Below are positions 38,887 through 48,154 of a stretch of DNA of 64,000 nucleotides, one piece after another. The position numbers and the translations under genes were made by a program. Source of the stretch: Longimicrobiales bacterium (GTDB lineage: Bacteria; Gemmatimonadota; Gemmatimonadetes; Longimicrobiales; Gaopeijiaceae); assembly GCA_965203485.1 (NCBI GenBank), contig OZ241892.1, forward strand, positions 1,696,001 through 1,760,000. The letters are read 5' to 3'. Each line of letters begins with the position of its first letter. Position 1 is the first letter of the stretch. The notes below the pieces were generated by a model. That model saw only the letters and a list, made by a program, of their open reading frames with translations, was not told where the DNA came from and searched no databases.

Positions 38887-40287
38887 ATGACAGGCAACCT
38901 AGCGAGCAAGGCGGCGTTCGGCAACGCCGTCCGCGGACGAACCATCCTAGCCCTTCTCTTCGGCGGGGCGGCGCTGCTCTTCCCGGCCGCCCTCGGGGCC
39001 CAGGACGAGACCAGTTTCGTGCTCAACACGTTCTCGTTCCTGGTGTGGGGCGCGCTCGTGATGTGGATGTGCGCCGGCTTCACGATGCTGGAGTCCGGAT
39101 CGGTGCGTTCCAAGAACGCCTCGATGATCTGCATGAAGAACATCGGGCTCTACTCGATCGCGGGCATCGCCTACTACGTGATCGGATACAACCTGATGTA
39201 CGTGGACGTGTCGGGCTTCATCGGCTCGTTCAGCATCTTCTACGGCCCCTCGCCGGCCGAGACGGCCCTGGTGGCCGGCGACGCGGCCGCCACTGCCGAC
39301 GTGACCGGCAACGGCTACGCCGTCATGTCCGATTGGTTCTTCCAGATGGTGTTCGTGGCGACGACCGCGTCGATCGTGTCCGGCGCGTTGGCGGAGCGCG
39401 TGCGCCTTTGGTCGTTCTTCGCCTTCACCGCCCTGCTCACCGCGGCCATCTATCCCGTCGTGGGGGCGTGGACGTGGGGCGGAGGCTGGCTCGCCGAGCG
39501 GGGCTTCAGCGACTTCGCCGGCTCGACGATCGTCCATTCCACGGGCGGATGGGCGGCCCTGGCGGGCATCCTGGTCGTCGGACCGCGCTGGGGGAAGTTT
39601 CGCAAGGACGGGAGCGTCCAGCCCACGCCGCCCTCCAACATTCCGGCGGTCACGCTGGGCGTCTTCATCCTGTGGCTGGGCTGGTTCGCGTTCAACGGCG
39701 GATCGGTCCTCGCGCTGGGCGACGCCGCCTCCGCCGTCAACATGAGCAACGTGATCGTGAACACGAACTTGGCGGCGGCCGCAGGCGTGCTCGCCGCGTT
39801 GCTCGTGTCGCGGCCGATTCTCGGCCGGCTCGATCTGTTCGCCGGCTTGAACGGCGCCATTGCCGGCTTGGTGTCGATCACGGCCGGCCCCGACATCGGC
39901 TCGGGCTGGCGCGCGATGCTGATCGGCGCGGCGGGCGCGATCATCTGCACGTTCGGCCTCAAGTTCCTGGAGAGCAGGAAGCTGGACGACGTGGTCGGGG
40001 CCGTGCCCGCGCACCTCTTCGCGGGCGTTTGGGGCACCATCGCGGTCTGCTTCGGCGGCGACGCCGACTTCGTGGAGCAACTGATCGGCGTCGCGGCCGT
40101 GGGCGCGTTCGTGTTCTTCGTGTCGTGGCTCGTGTGGATTGGACTGGACCGGGTGATCGGCGTGCGCGTCGGCCGCAAGATCGAGGAGATCGGGCAGGAC
40201 GCGGCCGAGCTGGGGATCGACGCGTATCCGGAGTTCGTCCTCATGGTCGACCCGGACGAGGGGAGCGACTACCGCGACGCGGACTGA
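38887..40287 (+). CDS. amtB: Ammonium transporter
   Basis: GFTMLESG, WFFQMVF, DFAGSTIVH, GWFAFNGGS, LDDVVGAVPAH (twin His retained). Confidence 0.95.
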   Translation: MTGNLASKAAFGNAVRGRTILALLFGGAALLFPAALGAQDETSFVLNTFSFLVWGALVMWMCAGFTMLESGSVRSKNASMICMKNIGLYSIAGIAYYVIGYNLMYVDVSGFIGSFSIFYGPSPAETALVAGDAAATADVTGNGYAVMSDWFFQMVFVATTASIVSGALAERVRLWSFFAFTALLTAAIYPVVGAWTWGGGWLAERGFSDFAGSTIVHSTGGWAALAGILVVGPRWGKFRKDGSVQPTPPSNIPAVTLGVFILWLGWFAFNGGSVLALGDAASAVNMSNVIVNTNLAAAAGVLAALLVSRPILGRLDLFAGLNGAIAGLVSITAGPDIGSGWRAMLIGAAGAIICTFGLKFLESRKLDDVVGAVPAHLFAGVWGTIAVCFGGDADFVEQLIGVAAVGAFVFFVSWLVWIGLDRVIGVRVGRKIEEIGQDAAELGIDAYPEFVLMVDPDEGSDYRDAD

Positions 40288-40324
40288 GGCACCCGGCGTT
40301 CCCCTCGCCGGAGCCCGGCCGGGC

Positions 40325-41833
40325 ATGGCCGCGCCGACGCCTCCCGTCGCAGGATCGGGGTCGTTCGCGGGCTACGAGCTGGACGCGGCCTTCCACGACG
40401 AGCTCTTCGAGCCCGGCGGGGAGGCGCGTCCGGCCGCGCGTCTGCTCGCCGAGGCCCTGGCGAAGGCGGAGCCGTCCGAACTCCGCATGGTGCAGGACCT
40501 GGTCAACCGGCGCTTCCTGCACGAAGGTATCACCTTCACCGTGCTGGGCGCGGACGAAGTCAGCGAGCAGATCATCCCGATCGACTGCGTGCCGCGCGTG
40601 CTCGCCGCCGACGAATGGGCGTTGGTCGAACGCGGCCTCAAGCAGCGCCTGCGGGCGCTCAACCTGTTCCTGGAGGACATCTACCACCGGGGCCAGTCGA
40701 TTCGCGACAAGGTGGTGCCCGCCGACTTGGCGCTGGGCTGCCCGCAGTACCGGACGGAGATGCGGGGGCTCAAGGTGCCTCACGGCGTGTACGTCGCGGT
40801 GTGCGGGACCGACGTCGTGCGGACGCCGGACGGATTCGCGGTTCTGGAGGACAATCTGCGGGTGCCGTCGGGCGTGTCCTACATGTTGGCTTGCCGCACG
40901 GCCATGAAGGGGGCGTTCCCCGGGCTCTACAGGGAGCACGGGGTGCGCGAGGTGGCCGAGTACCCGGAGCGGCTGCACGCGACGCTGTCGTCGCTGGGGA
41001 TGTCGGGCGAAGAACCGCGGATCGCGCTACTCACGCCCGGGCGCTACAACTCCGCCTACTACGAGCACGCGTTCCTGGCCGGCGAGACCGGAATCGACCT
41101 CGTCGAGGGACGCGACCTGGTGGTGCGCGACGGCGTCCTGTACGCGCGCGCCGTCTCGGGACTGCAGCGGATCGACATCCTCTACCGCCGAATCGACGAC
41201 GACTTCCTGGACCCCGTCGTCTTCCGCCCCGATTCGCTGCTGGGCGTCCCCGGCCTGTTCCACGCCTACCGGGCGGGCAACTTGACGCTGGCCAACGCGC
41301 CCGGCACGGGGGTGGCGGACGACAAGAGCATCTACGCCTGCGTGCCCAGCATCATCCGCTACTTCCTGGACGAGGAGCCCATCCTCCACAACGTGGAGAC
41401 GCACCTGTGCCGCGAGCCCGGCGCGTTGTCCTATGCGCTGAACAACATGGACGAGCTGGTCTTCAAGGAGGTGGGCGGCTCGGGCGGCTACGGGATGCTG
41501 ATCGGGCCGCACGCGTCCAAGCAGGAGAGGTCCGACTACGCCGACCGCGTGCGGGCCGACCCGGCGAACTTCATAGCGCAACCCGTGCTTGCGCTGTCGC
41601 GCGCCGGCTGCTTCGTGGACGGACGCATCGAGCCCAGGCACGTGGATCTTCGGCCGTTCGTGTTGCAGGGACGCCGCGACCTGCACGTCGTGCCCGGCGG
41701 GCTTTGCCGGGTCGCGCTGCGGCGCGGCAGCCTCGTGGTGAACTCCAGCCAGGGCGGCGGATGCAAGGACCTGTGGGTGCTGGCCGGGCGGGATCCAGGC
41801 GGCGCGGCGGCCGAGCGATGCTCGCGACCGTAG
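40325..41833 (+). CDS. Circularly permuted type 2 ATP-grasp protein
   Basis: VLEDNLRVPSGVSY, YRRIDDDFLDP, NAPGTGVADDK, SGGYGM, HVDLRPF, VNSSQGGGCKD. Confidence 0.93.
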   Translation: MAAPTPPVAGSGSFAGYELDAAFHDELFEPGGEARPAARLLAEALAKAEPSELRMVQDLVNRRFLHEGITFTVLGADEVSEQIIPIDCVPRVLAADEWALVERGLKQRLRALNLFLEDIYHRGQSIRDKVVPADLALGCPQYRTEMRGLKVPHGVYVAVCGTDVVRTPDGFAVLEDNLRVPSGVSYMLACRTAMKGAFPGLYREHGVREVAEYPERLHATLSSLGMSGEEPRIALLTPGRYNSAYYEHAFLAGETGIDLVEGRDLVVRDGVLYARAVSGLQRIDILYRRIDDDFLDPVVFRPDSLLGVPGLFHAYRAGNLTLANAPGTGVADDKSIYACVPSIIRYFLDEEPILHNVETHLCREPGALSYALNNMDELVFKEVGGSGGYGMLIGPHASKQERSDYADRVRADPANFIAQPVLALSRAGCFVDGRIEPRHVDLRPFVLQGRRDLHVVPGGLCRVALRRGSLVVNSSQGGGCKDLWVLAGRDPGGAAAERCSRP

Positions 41834-42792
41834 CCGCCGACTTCTACTGGCTCGGCCGTTACGCCGAACGCGCCGAGCAGACGGCCCGGTTGCTGCGCCA
41901 CCAGCTCACGCGGCTTCCCGACACGCCGGCCGTCGAGCTGGCGGAGGGCTGGCGGGCCGTCTACCGAAGCCTCGGCCAGGCCGCGCCCGACGCGCCCAGA
42001 GGCGCCGACGAGGCCGAGGCGTTCCTGCAGGCCGACGCCTACACGCTGGCCGGCGGCCTGATGGAGGAGGCGGCCAATCCGGGATCGGTGCTGGCGTGCT
42101 GGGGCGCGGCACGCGAGAACGGCCGACGCGTGCGCCCGCACCTGCCGCTTCGGATGTGGACGAGCCTCAACCAAGGGTTCTTGTGGTTGCAGGACAGCGA
42201 CTTCGCCAAGGCTTGGGCGGGGGCGCCGGCCGCATTGGCCAGCGAGGCGATCGACCGCTTGCGGTTCTTCGCGGGCGTGGTCGAGGCGATGATGCCCCGC
42301 GACCACGCGTGGCGCTTCCTGGAGCTCGGTCGCTTCGTCGAGCGGCTGCAGCGGCAAGTGGCGTTGCTGGACACGTGGAGGGGAGGCGGAGAGCCGCAGG
42401 GCGCGGCTCGGCTGGCGTGGACGGACCTGTTGCGCGTGTGCGGCGCCTACGAATTCTTCTGCCGCACGCACTCGATGACCGCCGACCGGGACGCCGCCCT
42501 CGCCTTTCTCGTGCGCAACCCCGCGCTTCCGCGATCGCTGCGCTTCGCTGTTCAGCGCATCGGAGCCCTGCTGGACGGCATCGATCCCGGCGGCGGGCAG
42601 TACCCGCTGGCCGCGCCGCACCGCGCGACGCTGCGCATCGGAGCCGCATTGGAGGTCGCAACGGGCGGCGGCGACGGACAACCCGAGTGGGAGTCGGTCC
42701 TTCGGTCGCTGGCCGGCCAGAGCCAAGCGCTTCACGACCTCGTGATCGCAACGTACGTGGACTACTCGGCCGCCGGGGGGGCTCCGTCGTGA
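41818..42792 (+). CDS. Alpha-E domain protein (DUF403)
   Basis: Two ER motifs, WLGRYAERAE and LGRFVER; ARENGRRVR; PRS. Confidence 0.9.
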   Translation: MLATVAADFYWLGRYAERAEQTARLLRHQLTRLPDTPAVELAEGWRAVYRSLGQAAPDAPRGADEAEAFLQADAYTLAGGLMEEAANPGSVLACWGAARENGRRVRPHLPLRMWTSLNQGFLWLQDSDFAKAWAGAPAALASEAIDRLRFFAGVVEAMMPRDHAWRFLELGRFVERLQRQVALLDTWRGGGEPQGAARLAWTDLLRVCGAYEFFCRTHSMTADRDAALAFLVRNPALPRSLRFAVQRIGALLDGIDPGGGQYPLAAPHRATLRIGAALEVATGGGDGQPEWESVLRSLAGQSQALHDLVIATYVDYSAAGGAPS

Positions 42793-43688
42793 CCGTCCGC
42801 TACTCGATCGAGCACGTGATGGAGTTCCGTTACAGCGCACCCGTTCATCTCTCCGTGATGACGCTCCACCTGCGCCCGGCGCAGAACCGGCGCCAAGTCC
42901 TGCGCGACTTCTCGATCGACACCGACCCCACCGGGCCGCTGTTCGCGTTCGTGGACCCGTTCGGCAACGCCGGCCACTTCTTCGACCGGCCCGCCGAGCA
43001 CGACGCCCTGCTGGTCAAGGCGCGCTCCCGGGTGGACGCGGTCGCCGCCGAGCCGGTGCCGTCCCGGCTGGGGACCGGCTCCTGGCCGGCGCTGAGGCAC
43101 GCCGCTCGCGACCCGGACCTTTGGCCCATGCTCAGTGCGAGCCGCTTCGCGCGGCCGTCGCCGACGCTTCACGGCTTCCTGGAGGCCCGGAAGCTCGCGC
43201 CCGCGGACGATCCGCTGGCGACGGCTCACGAACTCTGCTCCAAGCTGCACTCGGCGTTCGAGTACGCCCCCGGCGCCACCGACGCGCACTCTCCCATCGA
43301 GCGGATCCTGGAGAGCGGCCGGGGCGTGTGCCAGGACTACGCGCACGTCATGGCCGCGGTCGCGCGGCTGTGGGGGATTCCTTGCCGCTACGTGTCCGGC
43401 TACCTGGGTCCGCCTGCGGGAGACGCATGCCGAAGGGAGGGCGTCGCCAGCGGCGAGAGCCACGCCTGGGTGGAATGCTGGTTCCCGGAGCTGGGATGGA
43501 CGGCCTTCGATCCCACCAACGACGCCGTGGGCGACGAGCGGCACCTTCGCGTGGCGGTGGGCCGGGACTACGCCGACGTGCCTCCGGCAAGGGGCACCTA
43601 CCGGGGTACGGCCGAGTCGGCGCTGAAGACGGACGTCTCCGTGTCGCGGCACCTCTGGGACCCGGCCCGAGATCACGGCGCCGACTGA
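42789..43688 (+). CDS. Transglutaminase-like protein
   Basis: GVCQDYAH, RYVSGY, SHAWVE, FDPTN, AVGRDYADVPP; GTGA overlap. Confidence 0.92.
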   Translation: MTVRYSIEHVMEFRYSAPVHLSVMTLHLRPAQNRRQVLRDFSIDTDPTGPLFAFVDPFGNAGHFFDRPAEHDALLVKARSRVDAVAAEPVPSRLGTGSWPALRHAARDPDLWPMLSASRFARPSPTLHGFLEARKLAPADDPLATAHELCSKLHSAFEYAPGATDAHSPIERILESGRGVCQDYAHVMAAVARLWGIPCRYVSGYLGPPAGDACRREGVASGESHAWVECWFPELGWTAFDPTNDAVGDERHLRVAVGRDYADVPPARGTYRGTAESALKTDVSVSRHLWDPARDHGAD

Positions 43689-43809
43689 ACGGAACAACGC
43701 CGCCGGCCTGGCGAGGCTCTTCGCGCCGGCCTGTTGATTCGGCGCCTGCGACGGCACCATATTTGGATGTTCGCGCCAACGCAACCCGACACCTCCCAAG
43801 GAAGCACCA

Positions 43810-44526
43810 GTGACCAGACTCGCCATGCGCACCGTCTTGTTCTCGTCCGTCGCCGCCTCGACGGTCTTCGCCGCCTCGCCTGCCCAAGCCCAGGTCTCGA
43901 TGGGCGCCGACATCGTCAGCCGTTACGTCTGGCGTGGGCTCGACTTCGGCGACTCCTGGTCGATTCAGCCGTCGGTCGCCTTCGCGGGCGGCGGCTTCGA
44001 GGTGGGAGCATGGGCGTCCTACGGCGTGCAGGGCATGAACGAGAACGACCTCTATCTCACCTACACCGCTCAAACGGAGTCGGGGGCCGCCTTCACGCTC
44101 GGACTGAACGACTACTACTTCCCCACGGCCATCGACAGTCCCAAGTTCTTCGACGGCGACTCGCACGCGATCGAGCCCTTCGCGTCGTTCAGCGGGCCCG
44201 AGGGCTTTCCGGTCGAACTGCTCGTGGCGGTGGCGTACAACCCGCCCCCGGCCTCGGACACTCTGGGCAGCCGCGAGAACGTCGGCTACATCGAGTTCGC
44301 AGTTCCGTTTTCGAGGGGAGGCGCGGATCTGTCCGTGCACGTCGGCGGCGTCACGAACGGAAGCCGCTTGTACTCGACAAGCGGCGCCGGAATCACCAAC
44401 CTCGGCTTGTCGGCGACCAAGGCGATCGGAACGGGCGACTGGACTGTTCCGACGACCTTGAGCTACGTCCTCAATCCGGACTCGGAACAGTCGTTTCTCG
44501 TCTTCGGCGTCAGTCTGTCGCCATAG
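43810..44526 (+). CDS. Putative outer membrane beta-barrel (TorF/Gcw_chp-like)
   Basis: Signal peptide ending AQA; ADIVSRYVWRG, SIQPS, GAWAS, ENDLY; alternating strands. Confidence 0.7.
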   Translation: MTRLAMRTVLFSSVAASTVFAASPAQAQVSMGADIVSRYVWRGLDFGDSWSIQPSVAFAGGGFEVGAWASYGVQGMNENDLYLTYTAQTESGAAFTLGLNDYYFPTAIDSPKFFDGDSHAIEPFASFSGPEGFPVELLVAVAYNPPPASDTLGSRENVGYIEFAVPFSRGGADLSVHVGGVTNGSRLYSTSGAGITNLGLSATKAIGTGDWTVPTTLSYVLNPDSEQSFLVFGVSLSP

Positions 44527-44555
44527 GCGGGCCGACGGACCAAGACGAGCGGCTA

Positions 44556-44629
44556 TCGGGGCGCCCGGATTCGAACCGGGGACCTCCTGCTCCCAAAGCA
44601 GGCGCGCTGCCGGACTGCGCCACGCCCCG
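44556..44629 (-). tRNA. tRNA-Pro (UGG), CCA not encoded
   Basis: CGGGGCGTGGCGCAGTCCGGCAGCGCGCCTGCTTTGGGAGCAGGAGGTCCCCGGTTCGAATCCGGGCGCCCCGA folds as a cloverleaf. Confidence 0.95.
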
Positions 44630-45182
44630 CCCGCAACCGTCGCCGTCTAGTGTCGCGGATCGGACTCCGGCGCGGTAGGCCTCTCGCTCAAGACCGTCCC
44701 GGCGAGGGCGGCCGGACGCGGTGGACGCCGCCGCATGCTCGGCGCCTCCTCGGCGAGGCTGGACGCGGTTCCCCGGCACGAACGGCCCCGGCGCGGCCCG
44801 GCGCGCGCGCTTCCGGGCGACTTGGCGCGGCCTGCCGGGCCGGCGCGACTCCCGGCGGGCTGGGCGCGGCGGGTTGCCCGGCCGGCCAGGACGACGCGCG
44901 AACCGGCGCGGGAGCAACCCGCGACGCCGGACGGCGCACGGCAGGTTGTTCGATCCGTTTGGGCGGCGCCGGGCGGCGCATGGCGGACTGCCTGCTCTTG
45001 GCCGGGGTGGCGATGGTGGGCCTCGGCGGTTGGGCAGGCGACGGGCGCGCGCGCGCTTTCCCGGCCGGCGAGGCGGAGCCGCCGACGCACATGCCCGAGC
45101 GGCTCGACGGCAGGGGGGGGCGGCGAAGGAGGAAGGCCGGGGCCGACAGGCGCCACGTCCGGACGAGCGGGCCGGGGCCCCC

Positions 45183-47003
45183 ATGCAGGCGACCTCGGCG
45201 GCCGAGGACACGTTGGCCGCGCGGCTGGCGCCGGTCTCCTTTCGCCTGCTGACCGCCGAGCCCGGCGACGCGCTGTGGGAACTCTTCGGCCACAACGCGC
45301 TGCTCGTGCGGGATTCGCTCTCGGGGCGGGAAACCGCGTTCAACTTCGGCATCTTCGACTTCTCCGCCCCGGGGTTCGCCGCCCGCTTCGCGCGCGGGCA
45401 GATGACGTACTGGGCTGACACCGTCCCGCTGGCGGCAATGCTGGAGCGCTATCGCGGGCAGAACCGGCGCGTATGGGCGCAGGAGCTCGAGCTGGAACCA
45501 CGGCAGAAGGCCAGGCTCTTGTCGTTGCTCGCCGCGGCCGTCCAGCCGGACAGCCGCTACTATCGCTACGACTACTTCCGCCAGAACTGCTCGACCAAGC
45601 TGAGGGACGCGCTCGACGCGGCCCTCGGCGGACAGATTAGGGAGACCACCGACTCCGCGCCCGGAGGCGGCACGTGGAGAACCCACACCCGCCGGCTCAC
45701 TGCCCGCAACGTGGTCGGCTACCTGGGCATTCAACTGATGGCCGGGCCGCGCAGCGACGAAGCCACGACGGCGTGGCAGGACATGTGGGTTCCGATGAAG
45801 CTGCGCGACACGCTGGCCGGGTTGCGCGTGGCCGGGAGCGACGGGGTCCTGGCGCCGCTGGTGCGGGCCGAGGAACTCTTGGCTGGATCCGACCGGACGC
45901 CCGAGCCCGCGGCGGCCCCGCCGCTGACGACGGTCTTCTTCCTGAGCGGCACGGCCGGCGGACTGCTTCTCGTCGTCTTGGCGCACTGGGCCGCGGGCCG
46001 CAGCCGGCTGGGGGTCGCGGCGTTCGGGGGCGCCGGAGCCCTCTGGGGGCTGTCTTGCGGAGTGGTTTCCCTGACTCTGGCAGCGATGCACTGGACCGAT
46101 CACGAGTTCCTGTACATGAACCGCAACATCCTCGTCTTCAGCCCGGTCGGCTTGGCACTGGCCGTTCTGTTCCCCGTGGTTGCGGTCCGGACGTCCGCCG
46201 GGCCGAAGGCGGCGGTGGTGGCCGCGGTCGCGGCGGCGCCTGCGCTGGCGGCGCTGGTCTTGTGGGCCGCTCCGGGGGTGGGGCAGGACAACTTGGAGTG
46301 GATCGCGTTCGCCGTACCCGTCCACGTCGGCGCGTGGTGGTCGCTGGCCCGCGTTCCCAGAGTCCACGGACTACCGGTTGGCCACCACGCGGGCGTCTCG
46401 CGACGCGACCAGTTGGGGCGAGGCGGCGAAGCCGCGAAAGACCTCCGGCGACCCGGACTGAAGGCGCCTCGCCGTCGCCGGTCGCAAGGGGGCGCGGCCG
46501 ATCCCGCCGCGCGGCGCTGCGCCGATCGGCGGCCGGTTCGACGAGGCGGCAACCGGCGCGCGACGCCCTACGCCGCCGGCCGTTCCGGGCGGGGCCGGTC
46601 GCCGAAGCGCCTCGCCCCCGCCAAGTTCGAAGGGCGGCGCTGTTTCCGGAGGACGCCACAGCCCTGGCGCGCCGACCCGGCGGCGGAGGGTCGACAGGTG
46701 GTTTGCGCGACGGGCGCTACGCGGGGGCGGCGCGGCGGAGGCGCTCCGCCAGGGCGCGAAATGCCTTGCCTCGGTGGCTGCGCTCGTTCTTTGCCGCCGG
46801 CGCGAGTTCTGCGAACGAGAGAGCCGAGCCGACGCCGGCAAATACGGGATCGTAGCCGAATCCGCCGACGCCTCGCGGCGAAGGCAGGATGCGGCCCGGG
46901 GCCTCGCCGCGAAAGCGCCGGAGGACGTCCGTCTCGGGATCGTAGAAAGTTGCCACGCACACGTACCGGGCGCCGCGCCGCGAAAGGGGCACATCCGCCA
47001 TGA
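45183..47003 (+). CDS. DUF4105 (Lnb-like) domain membrane protein; both ends look anomalous
   Basis: PGDALWELFGHNAL, FNFGIFDF, YRYDYFRQNCSTK, then about 5 TMs to ~46350; Arg/Gly-rich tail afterwards. Confidence 0.72.
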   Translation: MQATSAAEDTLAARLAPVSFRLLTAEPGDALWELFGHNALLVRDSLSGRETAFNFGIFDFSAPGFAARFARGQMTYWADTVPLAAMLERYRGQNRRVWAQELELEPRQKARLLSLLAAAVQPDSRYYRYDYFRQNCSTKLRDALDAALGGQIRETTDSAPGGGTWRTHTRRLTARNVVGYLGIQLMAGPRSDEATTAWQDMWVPMKLRDTLAGLRVAGSDGVLAPLVRAEELLAGSDRTPEPAAAPPLTTVFFLSGTAGGLLLVVLAHWAAGRSRLGVAAFGGAGALWGLSCGVVSLTLAAMHWTDHEFLYMNRNILVFSPVGLALAVLFPVVAVRTSAGPKAAVVAAVAAAPALAALVLWAAPGVGQDNLEWIAFAVPVHVGAWWSLARVPRVHGLPVGHHAGVSRRDQLGRGGEAAKDLRRPGLKAPRRRRSQGGAADPAARRCADRRPVRRGGNRRATPYAAGRSGRGRSPKRLAPAKFEGRRCFRRTPQPWRADPAAEGRQVVCATGATRGRRGGGAPPGREMPCLGGCARSLPPARVLRTREPSRRRQIRDRSRIRRRLAAKAGCGPGPRRESAGGRPSRDRRKLPRTRTGRRAAKGAHPP

Positions 47004-47601
47004 TCTCGAGCAAGTGGGCGATGTTCGCGTCGTCTTGCGCCATCCCGGGGTACGCGTCGAGGGGAGCGAAGCGTTTGCTGCGGACCCCGGGGCGTCCGTC
47101 CAGGGAGTCCACCTCCAGCCCGGAGTCGTCGGCTATCGTGGGCAGGCCCGATCGGTGCGCGAAGTACCGGGCCTTGGCGGCCGCGTTCTCCTCGAAGGTG
47201 GCCCAACGCTCGATGGCGTCTTCCTCTTCCGACCACGCCAAGCCGATCCCGTCCAGCGGCGTCGGTTGCGCAGCGCTCGCGGCCGCCGCGAGTATCGCCG
47301 CCACTTCGCTCGCCTTGTGGGCGCTTCTCGTGCCGAGCAGGAGCGTCGCCGCCGGAGCGCTCCGCCCGCCCGCATCGAACTCTGCCTCGCGGGACCGGAT
47401 CGTCGGCGCTGGAGACCCGGACTCGCGCGGGGCCTCTTGGCCCGCTGCGCCGGGACCGTCAGCGAGCACGGCGGCCGGCAAGGCCGCGCCGACCATCGAG
47501 CAGGCTCTCGGCGCGTGCATGTCGGGGCTCGCGCGGAGCCGCCTGGGCGCCGAGGCCAGGGTCGTCAATGGCAGGGTGGCCGGCGGACGCGGCGCCAGCA
47601 C
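46717..47601 (-). CDS. rdgB: Non-canonical purine NTP pyrophosphatase (RdgB/HAM1); start uncertain, conserved core begins ~47350
   Basis: TFEENAAAKA, ADDSGLEVDSL, PGVRSKRF, GFGYDPVF, KNERSHRG. Confidence 0.88.
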   Translation of the reverse strand: MLAPRPPATLPLTTLASAPRRLRASPDMHAPRACSMVGAALPAAVLADGPGAAGQEAPRESGSPAPTIRSREAEFDAGGRSAPAATLLLGTRSAHKASEVAAILAAAASAAQPTPLDGIGLAWSEEEDAIERWATFEENAAAKARYFAHRSGLPTIADDSGLEVDSLDGRPGVRSKRFAPLDAYPGMAQDDANIAHLLEIMADVPLSRRGARYVCVATFYDPETDVLRRFRGEAPGRILPSPRGVGGFGYDPVFAGVGSALSFAELAPAAKNERSHRGKAFRALAERLRRAAPA

Positions 47602-47631
47602 GTGAACTCGCTCGGCCGGAACGGGAGGCCG

Positions 47632-48144
<513 letters not shown>

Positions 48145-48154
48145 CGCCAGTCCG

